Shown: positions 1 through 10,421 of the stretch, piece by piece
Layout: every line of letters starts with the position of its first letter
Position numbering within the stretch: position 1 is the stretch's first letter
Source of the DNA: Heterodontus francisci
Taxonomy: Eukaryota
DNA: 64,000 bases
Direction: 5' to 3'
Assembly: GCF_036365525.1 (NCBI RefSeq)
Contig: NC_090394.1
Span: forward strand, 30,319,612 to 30,383,611
Position numbers and translations under genes: made by a program
Notes under the pieces: model-generated
What the model was told of the DNA's origin: nothing
The model's database searches: none
The model's input: the letters and a program-made list of their open reading frames with translations, nothing else

Positions 1-1576
1 AGGTCACGGAGCAAAGGCAAACAATATGTTAATGGTGTGTTGAAAGACAAAGCATTAGTACAGATTAGGTGTGAATATACTGAATATTGAACATCAAGTG
101 CAAACCTGAAGAAAAACAACCTAAAAAAAACAGTGGGTAAGCAAACTGAACAAACTAAGATAAAATGAAATAAATGCAAAAAAAGATTGTAAAAAATGTA
201 AAAAGGAATGCAAAAAAAAGGAAGAAAAAATAACTAAAAATGACTAAAAATGAAAGTAAAGTGGGGGGCTGTCATGCTCTGAAATTATTGAACTCAATGT
301 TCAGTCCGGCAGGCTGTAGTGTGCCTAATCGGTAGACGAGATGCTGTTCCTCGAGCTTGCGTTGATGTTCACTGGAACACTGCAGCAATCCCAGGACAGA
401 GATGTGAGCATGAGAGCAGGTGGGAGTGTTGAAATGGCAAGCAACCGGAAGCTCAGGGTCCTGCTTGCGGACTGAGCGGAGATGTTCAAAGCGGTCACCC
501 AGTCTGCACTTGGTCTCCCCAATGTAGAGGAGACCACATTGTGAGCAGCAAATACAGTATACTACATTGAAAGAAGTACAAGTAAATCGCTGCTTCACCT
601 GAAAGGAGTGTTTGGGGCCTGGGATAGTGAGGAGAGAGGGGGTAAATGGGCAGGTATTACACCTCCTGCGATTGCAAGGGAAGGTGCCCTGGGACGGGGA
701 CGAGGTGGTGGGGGTAATGGAGGAGTGGACCAGGGTGTCGCGGAGGGAACGATCCCTTCGGAATGCTGACAGGGGAAGGGAGGGGAAGATGCGACTGGTA
801 GTGGCATCACGCTGGAGGTGGCGAAAATGGCGGAGGATGATCCTTTGGATATGGAGGCTGGTGGGATGAAAAGTAAGGACAAGGGGAACCCTGTCACGGT
901 TCTGGGAGGGAGGGGAAGGGGTGAGGGAAGAGGTGCGGGGAATGGGTCGGACACGGTTGAGGGCCCTGTCAAACACAGTGGGGGGAAATCCTCGGTTGAG
1001 GAAAAAGGAGGTCATATCAGAAGCACCGTCATGGAAGGTAGCATCATCAGAGCAGATGCGTCGGAGACGGAGAAACTGGGAGAATGGAATGGAGTCCTTA
1101 CAGGAGGTAGGGTGTGAAGAAGTGTAGTCGAGGTAGCTGTGGGAGTCAGTGGGCTTATAATGGATATTGGTAGACAACCTATCCCCAGAGATGGAGACAG
1201 AGAAGTCGAGGAAGGGAAGGGAAGTGTCAGAGATGGACCATGTAAAGGTGAGAGAAGGGTGGAAATTGGAAGCAAAGTTGATAAAGTTTTTTAGTTCGGG
1301 GCGGGAGCAGGAAACGGCACCGATACAGTCATCAATGTACCGGAAAAAGAGTTGGGGGAGGGGGCCTGAGTAGGACTGGAACAAAGAATGCTCGACATAT
1401 CCCACAAAAAGACAGGCATAACTAGGACCCATGCGGGTACCCATAGCGACACCTTTTACTTGAAGGAAATGCATGGAGTTGAAGGAGAAGTTGTTCAATG
1501 TGAGAACAAGTTCAGCCAGGCGGAGGAGGGTGTTGGTGGATGGGGACTGGTTGGGCCTCTGTTCTTCCAGGAAGAA
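1..1576 (-). mobile_element. Penelope-like retroelement, 5'-truncated, running off the left edge of the window
   Basis: ORF 272..1498 encodes RT motifs (GVAMGTRMGPSYA, RYIDD), a Cys-rich linker (CNRRRCNTC) and a GIY-YIG nuclease (VVYCI..C..C..LYIGET); the 3' UTR matches the copies at 1577-2815 and 6877-8314. Confidence 0.93.
272..1498 (-). CDS. Penelope RT C-terminal half plus GIY-YIG endonuclease (truncated transposon ORF)
   Basis: 408-aa open frame with YIDD catalytic motif, thumb (YKPTDSHSYL) and GIY-YIG domain ending GLNIEFNNFRA. The N-terminus is missing, so it is unlikely to be functional. Confidence 0.8.
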   Translation of the reverse strand: MNNFSFNSMHFLQVKGVAMGTRMGPSYACLFVGYVEHSLFQSYSGPLPQLFFRYIDDCIGAVSCSRPELKNFINFASNFHPSLTFTWSISDTSLPFLDFSVSISGDRLSTNIHYKPTDSHSYLDYTSSHPTSCKDSIPFSQFLRLRRICSDDATFHDGASDMTSFFLNRGFPPTVFDRALNRVRPIPRTSSLTPSPPSQNRDRVPLVLTFHPTSLHIQRIILRHFRHLQRDATTSRIFPSLPLSAFRRDRSLRDTLVHSSITPTTSSPSQGTFPCNRRRCNTCPFTPSLLTIPGPKHSFQVKQRFTCTSFNVVYCICCSQCGLLYIGETKCRLGDRFEHLRSVRKQDPELPVACHFNTPTCSHAHISVLGLLQCSSEHQRKLEEQHLVYRLGTLQPAGLNIEFNNFRA

Positions 1577-2815
1577 TCCTCAACCGAGGATTTCCCCCCA
1601 CTGTGGTTGACAGGGCCCTCAACCGTGTCCGACCCATTCCCCGCACCTCTACCCTCACCCCTTCCCCTCCCTCCCAGAACCGTGACAGGGTTCCCCTTGT
1701 CCTCACTTTTCATCCCACCAGCCTCCATATCCAAAGGATCATCCTCCGCCATTTTCGCCACCTCCAGCGTGATGCCACTACCAGTCGCATCTTCCCCTCC
1801 CTTCCCCTGTCAGCATTCCGAAGGGATCGTTCCCTCCGCGACACCCTGGTCCACTCCTCCATTACCCCCACCACCTCGTCCCCGTCCCAGGGCACCTTCC
1901 CTTGCAATCGCAGGAGGTGTAATACCTGCCCATTTACCTCCTCTCTCCTCACTATCCCAGGCCCCAAACACTCCTTTCAGGTGAAGCAGCGATTTACTTG
2001 TACTTCTTTCAATGTAGTATACTGTATTCGCTGCTCACAGTGTGGTCTCCTCTACATTGGGGAGACCAAGCGCAGACTGGGTGACCGCTTTGCGGAACAT
2101 CTCCGCTCAGTCCGCAAGCAGGACCCTGAGCTTCCGGTTGCTTGCCATTTCAACACTCCCACCTGCTCTCATGCTCACATCTCTGTCCTGGGATTGCTGC
2201 AGTGTTCCAGTGAACATCAACGCAAGCTCGAGGAACAGCATCTCATCTACCGATTAGGCACACTACAGCCTGCCGGACTGAACATTGAGTTCAATAATTT
2301 CAGAGCATGACAGCCCCCCACTTTACTTTCATTTTTAGTTATTTTTTCTTCCTTTTTTTTGCATTCCTTTTTACATTTTTTACAATCTTTTTTTGCATTT
2401 ATTCCATTTCATCTTAGTTTGTTCAGTTTGCTTACCCACTGTTTTTTTCAGGTTGTTTTTCTTCAGGTTTGCACTTGCTGATGTTCAATATTCAGTATAT
2501 TCACACCTAATCTGTACTAATGCTTTGTCTTTCAACACACCATTAACATATTGTTTGCCTTTGCTCCGTGACCTTTTGGTCAGCTATGTGGCCTGGTCCA
2601 ATCTGCACCTTCTCCTTTGTTATCTCTTGCCCAACCCCCACCTCACTTGTTTATAATCTGTGACTTTCCTAATATTTGTCAGTTCCGAAGAAGGGTCACT
2701 GACCCGAAACGTTAACTCTGCTTCTCTTTCCACAGATGCTGCCAGACCTGCTGAGTGAATCCAGCATTTCTTGTTTTTGTTTGATTTCCAGCAGCCGCAG
2801 TATTTTGCTTTTATC
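1577..2815 (+). mobile_element. Penelope-like element 3' part (GIY-YIG plus 3' UTR), inverted partner of 1-1576
   Basis: ORF 1540..2310 encodes the GIY-YIG domain; 1577-2574 is nearly the exact reverse complement of 1-1002; ends in ...GCAGTATTTTGCTTTT. Confidence 0.93.
2681..2717 (+). ncRNA. Minimal type I hammerhead ribozyme (variant core) in Penelope 3' end
   Basis: AGTT-CCGAAGA-A-GGGTC(ACT)GACCC-GAAAC-GTT-AACT: stem I AGTT/AACT, stem II GGGTC/GACCC, palindromic ACGT stem III. Confidence 0.75.
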
Positions 2816-3314
2816 TTAATTTCTCAGCTGTCTTCTGAAGTCTAGACTTCCCTGTTTGAGCATGGGCCTGCTGCAAAACAGAAACAACCCTGGTTGCCGA
2901 TGGTCTCTGCTCCTGGAGCCAACTGCTTTCAATGCCAACAGCTTTCTAAAAGCCAACTCACTGACTTATTGGTTCCAACTGCCCAACTAAACAAGGCCAC
3001 CTATGGTTTCATGGCGTTCACCTCTCTAACTCTGTCTCTGCAAGCACTCATGGAGAGATTTTTGAACTTTAAATCTTATCTTCTGGGAAATTATATGAAT
3101 AATTTAAACCCTGATGACGGCAGCTGCAGACACACTGTCTCCATCAATAAGTTAAGAGGGGTTTCCATTGTGTAGGGTCTTTACACTTCCCAAAATGACC
3201 TTGCTAAATAAAAATAGTGAACAGCCAATTTTCCCCAAAATCTTCTGGAGCCCCACTCTGCTGACGCTGTTGAATACCTTGGTGAAATCTACAAAAGTAA
3301 GATAAAGGGGTATA

Positions 3315-3447
3315 AAAGCAAAATACTGCAGATGCTGGAAATCTGAAATAAAAACAAAGTGCTGGAAATACTCAGCAGGTCTGGCAACATCTGTGGAGAC
3401 AGAAAAAGAGTTAACATTTCAGGTCTGTGACCTTTCATCAGAACAGG
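3315..3447 (-). mobile_element. 133-bp Penelope 3'-terminal insert carrying a canonical hammerhead
   Basis: 12-bp TSD TAAAGGGGTATA at 3303-3314 and 3448-3459; minus strand reads GTT-CTGATGA-A-AGGTCACAGACCT-GAAATGTTAAC, then the Penelope terminus. Confidence 0.85.
3408..3444 (-). ncRNA. Minimal hammerhead ribozyme (canonical CUGAUGA core)
   Basis: CTGATGA core, stem II AGGTC/GACCT, GAAA, GTT cleavage triplet, stem I GTT/AAC. Confidence 0.7.
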
Positions 3448-3839
3448 TAAAGGGGTATACTCTGTTCCCTACACTTCTAATTTAGCTGGCATGTGGAGAA
3501 CATCATATTCACAGTAGATCTGGCACGGAAACCGCACTGTGCTTCCAGGTACACTTGGCCTGCAAGTAAATGGAATCTTTTAAGTATGACCCGAGCAAAG
3601 GCCTTCCCTGTGATGCAAAGGAGTGAGATGCCTCCGTAGTAGTTGCAGTCTCCTCTGTCACCTTTGTTTTTGTATAGTGTGATGATTTTGGCATCACACA
3701 TCTCCTGTGGAACAGAGCGTACTTTCCAGCAGAGGAGCAGCCATAAAGGTGTGGCAATAGATGAGACAAGATTTTGGGAAAGATTGGTTGTCCATTGAGC
3801 TCCTCAGTCTCATCTGCTCCTTCCATGACAACATGCACT

Positions 3840-5569
3840 TGTTGAGACCAGATGAGAAACGGGTCTCGGGGTTCCCTGTCAGCCTTTGCCTGGTTTAACC
3901 ATGACCGGGTTTAATTTTTTTAAATACTGTGTTTTTAGCTCCCCTTCAGTGAATCCTTGTTCATTGGTCTCCAATTGTAAGGCAAAGAAATCAACCAGAC
4001 AGGTTTTCTTGGATTTAAACAAGAAAAGTGGAAGTTTATTAACCTTAAACTCTAATTCAGTTAACGACTACAAATACGCGACGTGACCACACTAGCATGC
4101 ATATGCTGTCAGACAAACCTCCCACCTGCTAAGACTGAGGTACACATGATTTTGCCACATGAGCATTAAAACTTAAAATTGCAAGCCTCTGACTGGAAAG
4201 ACATTTTTGGATAGTAGCTAGCAGTGTTGGAATAAAAGGGACCCAGTCATTGCTTCCCCAAGACACAGAAGAAGTGTTCAAACCAGTTTTAGTCACATGA
4301 CTAGCTGGCTGCAGTTTTTTTGAATTTGAACTTCCAACAAAGGATTTGTACTCTGACAAAGCCATGTGCTCATGGAGTAAAGATTTCTCCTGGAATTGAA
4401 ACAAGAATTACCTCCTCTCGTGTCTGCCTGCTTCCATCTCCTGCCCACGGAACTGATTCTTGTGAAAACACGTGAAACTCAAAGGGAGAAAGGTTTCCTA
4501 CGTGAACAAGGTTTTAAGAAGATTACTGGGCCCCAACAAAAAGCAAGACTACTTACAAAAGGACTACAGTGAGCTCAAAGCACCGTAATAAGATATTGCC
4601 TCAAACCCCCAATACTATATTTTTCTCTTCTCTTTTCTGTCCCTATCTGCATGTGATATCGCGTGTGCATGTTAGCGTGGGTGCGTTGTATATCCGTAGA
4701 CATGAACCGTATTAGGATTTAAGTTGTTAAATAAAATGTCATCTTTCTTCTTTAAACCTGAGAGAGCCTGTGTGAATCGGTTTCTTTGTCTTTATAATTG
4801 GAAAACTGTGAACAAGGATTCACAAAAAGGGGAGCTCAAAACACGGTGTGTTTAAAAATTAAACCCTGTGAAAATAAGACCAGGTGAAGATAGTAACAGA
4901 CCCCCAGACACATTTCTCACCAGGTCGTAACAACGCGATAAACACACATGCAGATAGAGTCAGAGAAAAGTGGAAAGAATAAAGGGGAAAAGTTTGAGTC
5001 AATAGCTGGGATTTATTTACGGTCCTTTGAGTTCGATGTAGAGACTTTGATTACCAGTAAGTCTTACCGTTTCATTGGCGTCAAATGCACGCTTTAAAAC
5101 TTGTTTCAAATTAGGAGTCTTTTCTTTCTTGAGGTTTAAGTGACTTCAGTGGATCCAGAGATTTGAGAGAGAGCTAACCAGGAAAGAGGCTCTCTTCTTC
5201 CAAGTTCAGTTACAATGTGACCCAAACTGTCCTGTGAGCAGTTCAAAACCAAAAACTTGGGCCAGCAGGTTAGTCATGTGACTAGTTTTTTAAACAAACT
5301 CCTACGTTTGTGGATTCTACATCTTAGCAGACATCCTGAAATGCTGGCTTTCTTATACATTCACTGTCTAGTGATCAAAATCCATTTGGGTTAATTGGAT
5401 CAGGAAGCAGTTCTTTTGTCTCCAGGCAGTGTCTTAGTATGCAAATGTCTTCCAGCCACAGCTGATCTCTTTAAACAAGTCATCTCTTCACTCCAGCAAC
5501 AGTTTAAAATCAATGTTCAAATGATGAAATTAATATGCCTCATTTGTGGCAGGTGTGGTCTTCGTGACA
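3840..5569 (-). mobile_element. Solo LTR (family A), interrupted by a second LTR
   Basis: TG...CA termini; 4-bp TSD CACT at 3836-3839 and 5570-5573; reverse complement is similar to 4107-4932 and 31990-32892. Confidence 0.85.
4107..4932 (+). mobile_element. Solo LTR (family A) nested in an opposite-strand relative
   Basis: TGTCAG...GGTCGTAACA; TSD ATGC/ACGC (one CpG transition); AATAAA near 4730. Confidence 0.85.
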
Positions 5570-6876
5570 CACTGCTCTGTACAGTTTGATGGCTCTGCTT
5601 CTGACAGTTTCAGAGTGAGGAATGGAGTGAAACAGTGTTGTGTCCTAGCCCCCCACTCTGTTTGGCATCTTCTTCCCCATGCTCCTGACCTTCGCTTTCC
5701 CTGCAGATATCGAAAGAGTCTACATGCACACTAGGTCAGACGGCAAGCTCTACAATCTATCAAGGCTGAAAGCGAAGTCCAAAACTCATCGCGTCCTGAT
5801 CAGAAAACTCCTCTAAGCTGATGATGCTGTGCTAGTTGCTGACACGGAAATTCATCTACAAAGATTCATGTACTGTCTCTCTCGGGCCTGTAACTTGTTC
5901 TCCTTGACTATAAGTGTCAAGAAAATCATGGTCATGGGACAATGTGTTGCATCTCCATCCCTGATAACACTAAATAATACCCCATTGAAAGTGGCTAGCA
6001 AATTCTACTTTGGGTCCATGGTGACAGACAATCTGTCACTTGATGCAGAGCTCGATACACTCATGAGGAAAGCAGCTACCACCTTTGGCTGACTTGTGAA
6101 ATGCACATGGGAGAACACCAAGCTGACTCTTAGGACCAAGCTGATGGTTTATAATGCCTGTGTTCTCAGCACCTTGCTGTATGGCTGTAAAACAAGAGTG
6201 ACTTAGAGCTACCAGGAAAAGAAGCTTGATAATTTCCATCTTCACTGTCTGCAGCGCATTATGGGTATATCCTGGCAGGACAAAATTACAAATGCGGCAG
6301 TCCTCTCAAAGGCAAAGCTCCCAAGTGTGTTGGCACTAATCAAACAGAGGTGGCTTTGGTGGATTTGACACGTCCACAGGATGGAAGACAATCACATACC
6401 CAAGGACCTTCTCTATGGTGAGGTAGCTGGGGCCAGACGACCAGTGGGGTGCCCAAAGCTCCACTTCAAGGATGTTTGCAAGCGTGACATGAAGGCTCTA
6501 AATGTCAACTATTGCACTTGGGAGTCACTAGCTGGCAAAAAAAAGGAAATGGCAGCACATCCTGTGGACTGGTGTGCAGTAACATGATGACCAATTGCTA
6601 CATCAGTTTGGCAACAGGCTCCAATGTCTAAAACAACTCTCAGTGTCATTTGGCAGCTTCATGTGTGGCACTTGTGGCAGAACCTACCTCTCAAGGATTG
6701 GCCTTCACAGCCATCAGCAAAGGTGCAGCAAGAGAAGACACCCCACTTAAATGGATTGTTTGCTGCCTGTCCATCATCTTTCGTAGATGGAAGGATGCCA
6801 ACCCAAATAAATATGGGCTACCCTTCAATTTGTAATCACCCTAGGTTTGTTTGCCAGCTTCTCAAACTAGGTGTTT

Positions 6877-8314
6877 CCATCTCTGACACTTCCCTTCCCT
6901 TCCTCAACTTCTCTGTCTCCATCTCTGGGGATAGGTTGTCTACTATTATCCATTATAAGCCCACCGACTCCCACAGCTACCTCGACTACACTTCTTCACA
7001 CCCTACCTCCTGTAAGGGCTCCATTCCATTCTCCCAGTTTCTCCGTCTCCGACGCATCTGCTCTGATGATGCTACCTTCCATGACGGTGCTTCTGATATG
7101 ACCTTTTTCCTCAACCGAGGATTTCCCCCCACTGTGGTTGACAGGGCCCTCAACCGTGTCCGGCCCATTCCCCGCACCTCTACCCTCACCCCTTCCCCTC
7201 CCTCCCAGAACAGTGACACTTTCCACCCCATCAGCCTCCATATCCAAAGGATCATCCTCCGCCATTTCCGCCACCTCCAGCGTGATGCCGCTACCAGTCG
7301 CATCTTCCCCTCCCTTCCCCTGTCAGCATTCTGAAGGGATCGTTCCCTCCGCGACACCCTGGTCCACTCCTCCATTACCCCCATCACCTCGTCCCCGTCC
7401 CATGGCACCTTCCCCTGCAATCGCAGGAGGTGTAATACCTGCCCACTTACCTCCTCTCTCCTCACTATCCCAGGCCCCAAACACTCCTTTCAGGTCAAGC
7501 AGCGATTTACTTGAACTTCTTTCAATGTAGTATACTGTATTCGCTGCTCACAGTGTGGTCTCCTCTACATTGGGGAGACCAAGCGCAGACTGGGTGACCG
7601 CTTTGCGGAACATCTCCGCTCAGTCCGCAAGCAGGACCTTGAGCTTCCGGTTGCTTGCCATTTCAACACTCCCTCCTGCTCTCATGCTCACATCTCTGTC
7701 CTGGGATTGCTGCAGTGTTCCAGTGAACATCAACGCAAGCTCGAGGAACAGCATCTCATCTACCGATTAGGCACACTACAGCCTGCCGGACTGAACATTG
7801 AGTTCAATAATTTCAGAGCATGACAGCCCCCCATTTTACTTTCACTTTTAATTCTTTTTTCTTTTTTTTTACATTCTTTTTTACATTTTTTACAATTTTT
7901 TTTTGCATTTATTTCATTTCATCTTAGTTTGTTCAGTTTGCTTACCCACTGTTTTTTATTTTCAGGTTTGCACTTGCTGCTGTTCAATATTCAGTGTATT
8001 TACACCTAATCTGTACTAATGCTTTGTCTTTCAACACACGATTAACATATTGTTTGCCTTTGCTCCATGACCTTTTGGTCAGCTATGTGGCCTGGTCCAA
8101 TCTGGACCTCCTTTGTTATCTCTTGCCCCACCCCCACCTCACTTGCTTATAACCTGTGACTTTTCTAATATTTGTCAGTTCCGAAGAAGGGTCACTGACC
8201 CGAAACGTTAACTCCGCTTCTCTTTTCACAGATGCTGCCAGACCTGCTGAGTGGTTCCAGCATTTCTTGTTTTTATTTCAGATTTCCAGCATCCGCAGTA
8301 TTTTGCTTTTATTT
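6877..8314 (+). mobile_element. Penelope-like element, 5'-truncated, with stop codons
   Basis: RT thumb, GIY-YIG and 3' UTR are near-identical to 1577-2815; TSD TAGGTGTTT at 6868-6876 and 8315-8323. Confidence 0.92.
8177..8213 (+). ncRNA. Minimal hammerhead ribozyme (variant CCGAAGA core)
   Basis: Identical to 2681-2717. Confidence 0.75.
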
Positions 8315-8409
8315 TAGGTGTTTTCATTTGTCTTGCTTAAAAAAAATTCAATTCCCAAATTGAATCCAGTGCCTAGGTCAATGCCAAGTGGGTCTGTACA
8401 GTTTTTTTA

Positions 8410-8660
8410 TTCTTGTAGTGGAGTGACTTGCTAGGCCATTTCAGAGGTTTGTTTTGAGTGACCACATTGTTGTGGGTCTGGAGTCACATATAGGCCAGAC
8501 TGGGGAAAGGGCAGCAGATTTCCTTCTCTAAAGAACATTAATGAACCAAATGAGTTTTTATGACAATCCAGTAGTTGTGTGGTCAACATTACTGATACTA
8601 ACTTTTTATTCCAGATTTAGTGTAATCAATTGAATGTAAATTCCTCAGCTTCCATACCAG
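8410..8660 (-). mobile_element. SINE fragment with Meta-domain-like core
   Basis: Reverse complement contains GATTGTCATAAAAACTCATTTGGTTCATTAATGTTCTTTAGAGAAGGAAATCTGC...GTCTGGCCTATATGTGACTCCAG; related copies at about 39635-39995, 40070-40380 and 52955-53260. Confidence 0.6.
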
Positions 8661-8899
8661 GGATAGGCACCAACATGTTGCACCACGGATATTTGACAAA
8701 ATTATTGACATGGGGACAATTAATCTGTATTAGCTAACCTAATGCCATCAAAACACAGTCCGATTTAAAATGCATTTCTCCCTATTTGATATACTTGGCA
8801 TTGCTTTTGCTTGCACAAGTAGTCAAGCTGCCTGCAATTGATCTCATGATGCAGAGAATTCGGGTAGATGTCCATATGTCAGGAATGATCTTGAGATCT

Positions 8900-9135
8900 C
8901 TCTCTCTCTCCCCTTAGTGTCTATCCCTCTCGCACCCCACTCTGGGTCCATCCCCCTCTCTCGCACCCCTCTCTGGGTCCATCCCCCTGTCTCGCACCCC
9001 TCTCTGGGTCCATCCTTCTCTCTCTTGCTCCTCTCTGGGTCCATCCCTCCCTCTCTCGCTCCTCTCTGGGTCCATCCCTCCCTCTCGCGCCCCTCTCTGG
9101 GTCCATCCTTCTCTCGCACCGTTCTCTCTCGTGCA
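8900..9135. repeat. Pyrimidine-rich minisatellite, about 30-bp unit (CCCTCTCTGGGTCCATCCC..TCTCGCAC), about 7 copies
   Basis: Head-to-tail repeats of TCTGGGTCCATCC are visible directly. Confidence 0.9.
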
Positions 9136-9187
9136 ACTGCTTCCCAGGCTGGTGATATGTTAATTAGGTGCCCCGATCTGTTCAAGA

Positions 9188-10421
9188 TGTCATGGTCCTG
9201 TAGTTTTTTTTCTCTGGGGAATATGTTGTGTGTCTTTAAGGCTGGCAAAGGATCAGTCCTGATTTAAGAACCAGCAAGCCTCAGGAGCTGGAGAAAGTTC
9301 ATTTTTGTTTGCCATTGGATACAGCCATTCAGAGACTGTGATTCAAAGGGTGCATTCTCCTTACCTTGGATACAGCCACTTGGACTGAGCATCAAGTGTT
9401 ACAATGTTGCAATTATTTTTTGAACTGGCTTTTTAGTAAAAGATAGTCTGTTCTAACAGAACATAGACAGACAGTTGGTCTGAAAGAAGAGCTCTCAGCC
9501 ATTTAAACTGAAGAAAGAAAATTTAGTCTGTTTAATTATTATCTCTCAAAATTCTAAAAAAGTCAACCCAAAACAGAGCTCTCTGATAATTTAAACTGAA
9601 GGAAGTTTTACTGTGACGATCATTTATCCCTCAAAAACAGTAAAGTCAAATTGATTCTATTGAAAGGGTTTGCAAGTTGTTAATTGTTGAAATCCATCGC
9701 TGGAAATGGAAAGAATCACTTATTGCTGGAATTAGACTACGGACTGTTCTATTGTTAGAACATAGAACAGTACAGCACAGTACAGGCCCTTCGGCCCACG
9801 ATGTTGTGCCGAACCTTTAACCTACTCTAGGATCAAACTACCTACATACCCTTCATACTACTATCATCCATGTACGTATCCAAGAGTCGCTTAAATGTCC
9901 CTAATGTATCTGCTTCTACTACCACCGCTGGCAGTGCATTCCACGCACCCACCACTCTCTGTGTAAAGAATCTACCTCTGACATCTCGCCGAAACCTTCC
10001 TCCAATCACCTTAAAATTATGTCCCCTGGTGATAGTCCTTTCCGCCCTGGGAAAAAGTCTCTGGCTATCCATTTTTCCCCATTGGACGGCTGTGAGGATT
10101 TCAAGCTACATTGGACTGTAAATTTGCAAGGACTCTAATTTTTTCTGTTTTAAATGCTGTTTATATCTTCATAGTGTTTAAGAATTTAGTTTTTAAAAAA
10201 TCAAATAGTTAATTTGTTGATTTAAAGACACCTGGTTTGGTTAGCCTCATTCGGGGTTAATAGATGGTACAATTTGGCTGGATCTTTAATTTGGAAAGTT
10301 TAAAATGATATGTTAGGCGATCTGTGGAGGGATGGGATTGAATTAACAGTGCGTTTCTCCCACCACAATCAGAATCGTATATTTTGATTGGAGGCTTTGA
10401 CTGGAGCAGTCGGTCATAACA
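9188..10421 (+). mobile_element. Solo LTR (family B) containing a CR1 insertion
   Basis: TGTCATG...GGTCATAACA; 4-bp TSD AAGA at 9184-9187 and 10422-10425; colinear with 43336-45472. Confidence 0.88.
9756..10071 (-). mobile_element. CR1 (HER1-like) LINE 3' end
   Basis: ORF 9842..10072 reads RGHNFKV...RFFTQRVVGAWNALP..FKRLLD; (TGTTCTA)n-type tail; nearly identical to 43921-44241. Confidence 0.9.

Larger units (their letters stand above)
3220..3765 (-). mobile_element. RTE-clade LINE, inverted 5' segment (RT N-terminal region)
   Basis: ORF 3477..3701 reads DAKIITLYKNKGDRGDCNYY.GISLL...AQCGFR; 3220-3310 continues on the minus strand as YLTFVDFTKVFNSVSR..ILGKIGC. Confidence 0.85.
3766..6803 (+). 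mobile_element. RTE-clade LINE 3' part, interrupted by nested LTRs at 3840-5569
   Basis: Degenerate RT (GVKQCCVLAP at 5620s), RTE C-terminus (HIPKDLLYGE..G.RPVG.PKLHFKDVCKRDMK) and RTE 3' end CATCTTTCGTAGATGGAAGGATGCC. Confidence 0.85.

Noticed and set aside
1388-1984. 198-aa ORF spanning the Penelope junction
   Set aside because: It is an antisense plus off-frame reading of the two Penelope arms.
6624-7334. 236-aa ORF as an RTE-Penelope fusion protein
   Set aside because: Chance read-through: the RTE part is out of frame, the Penelope has its own TSD, and the frame ends at a premature stop.
8900-9135. CRISPR-like array (also 21469-21558)
   Set aside because: Units are head-to-tail without unique spacers, there are no cas genes, and the context is eukaryotic.
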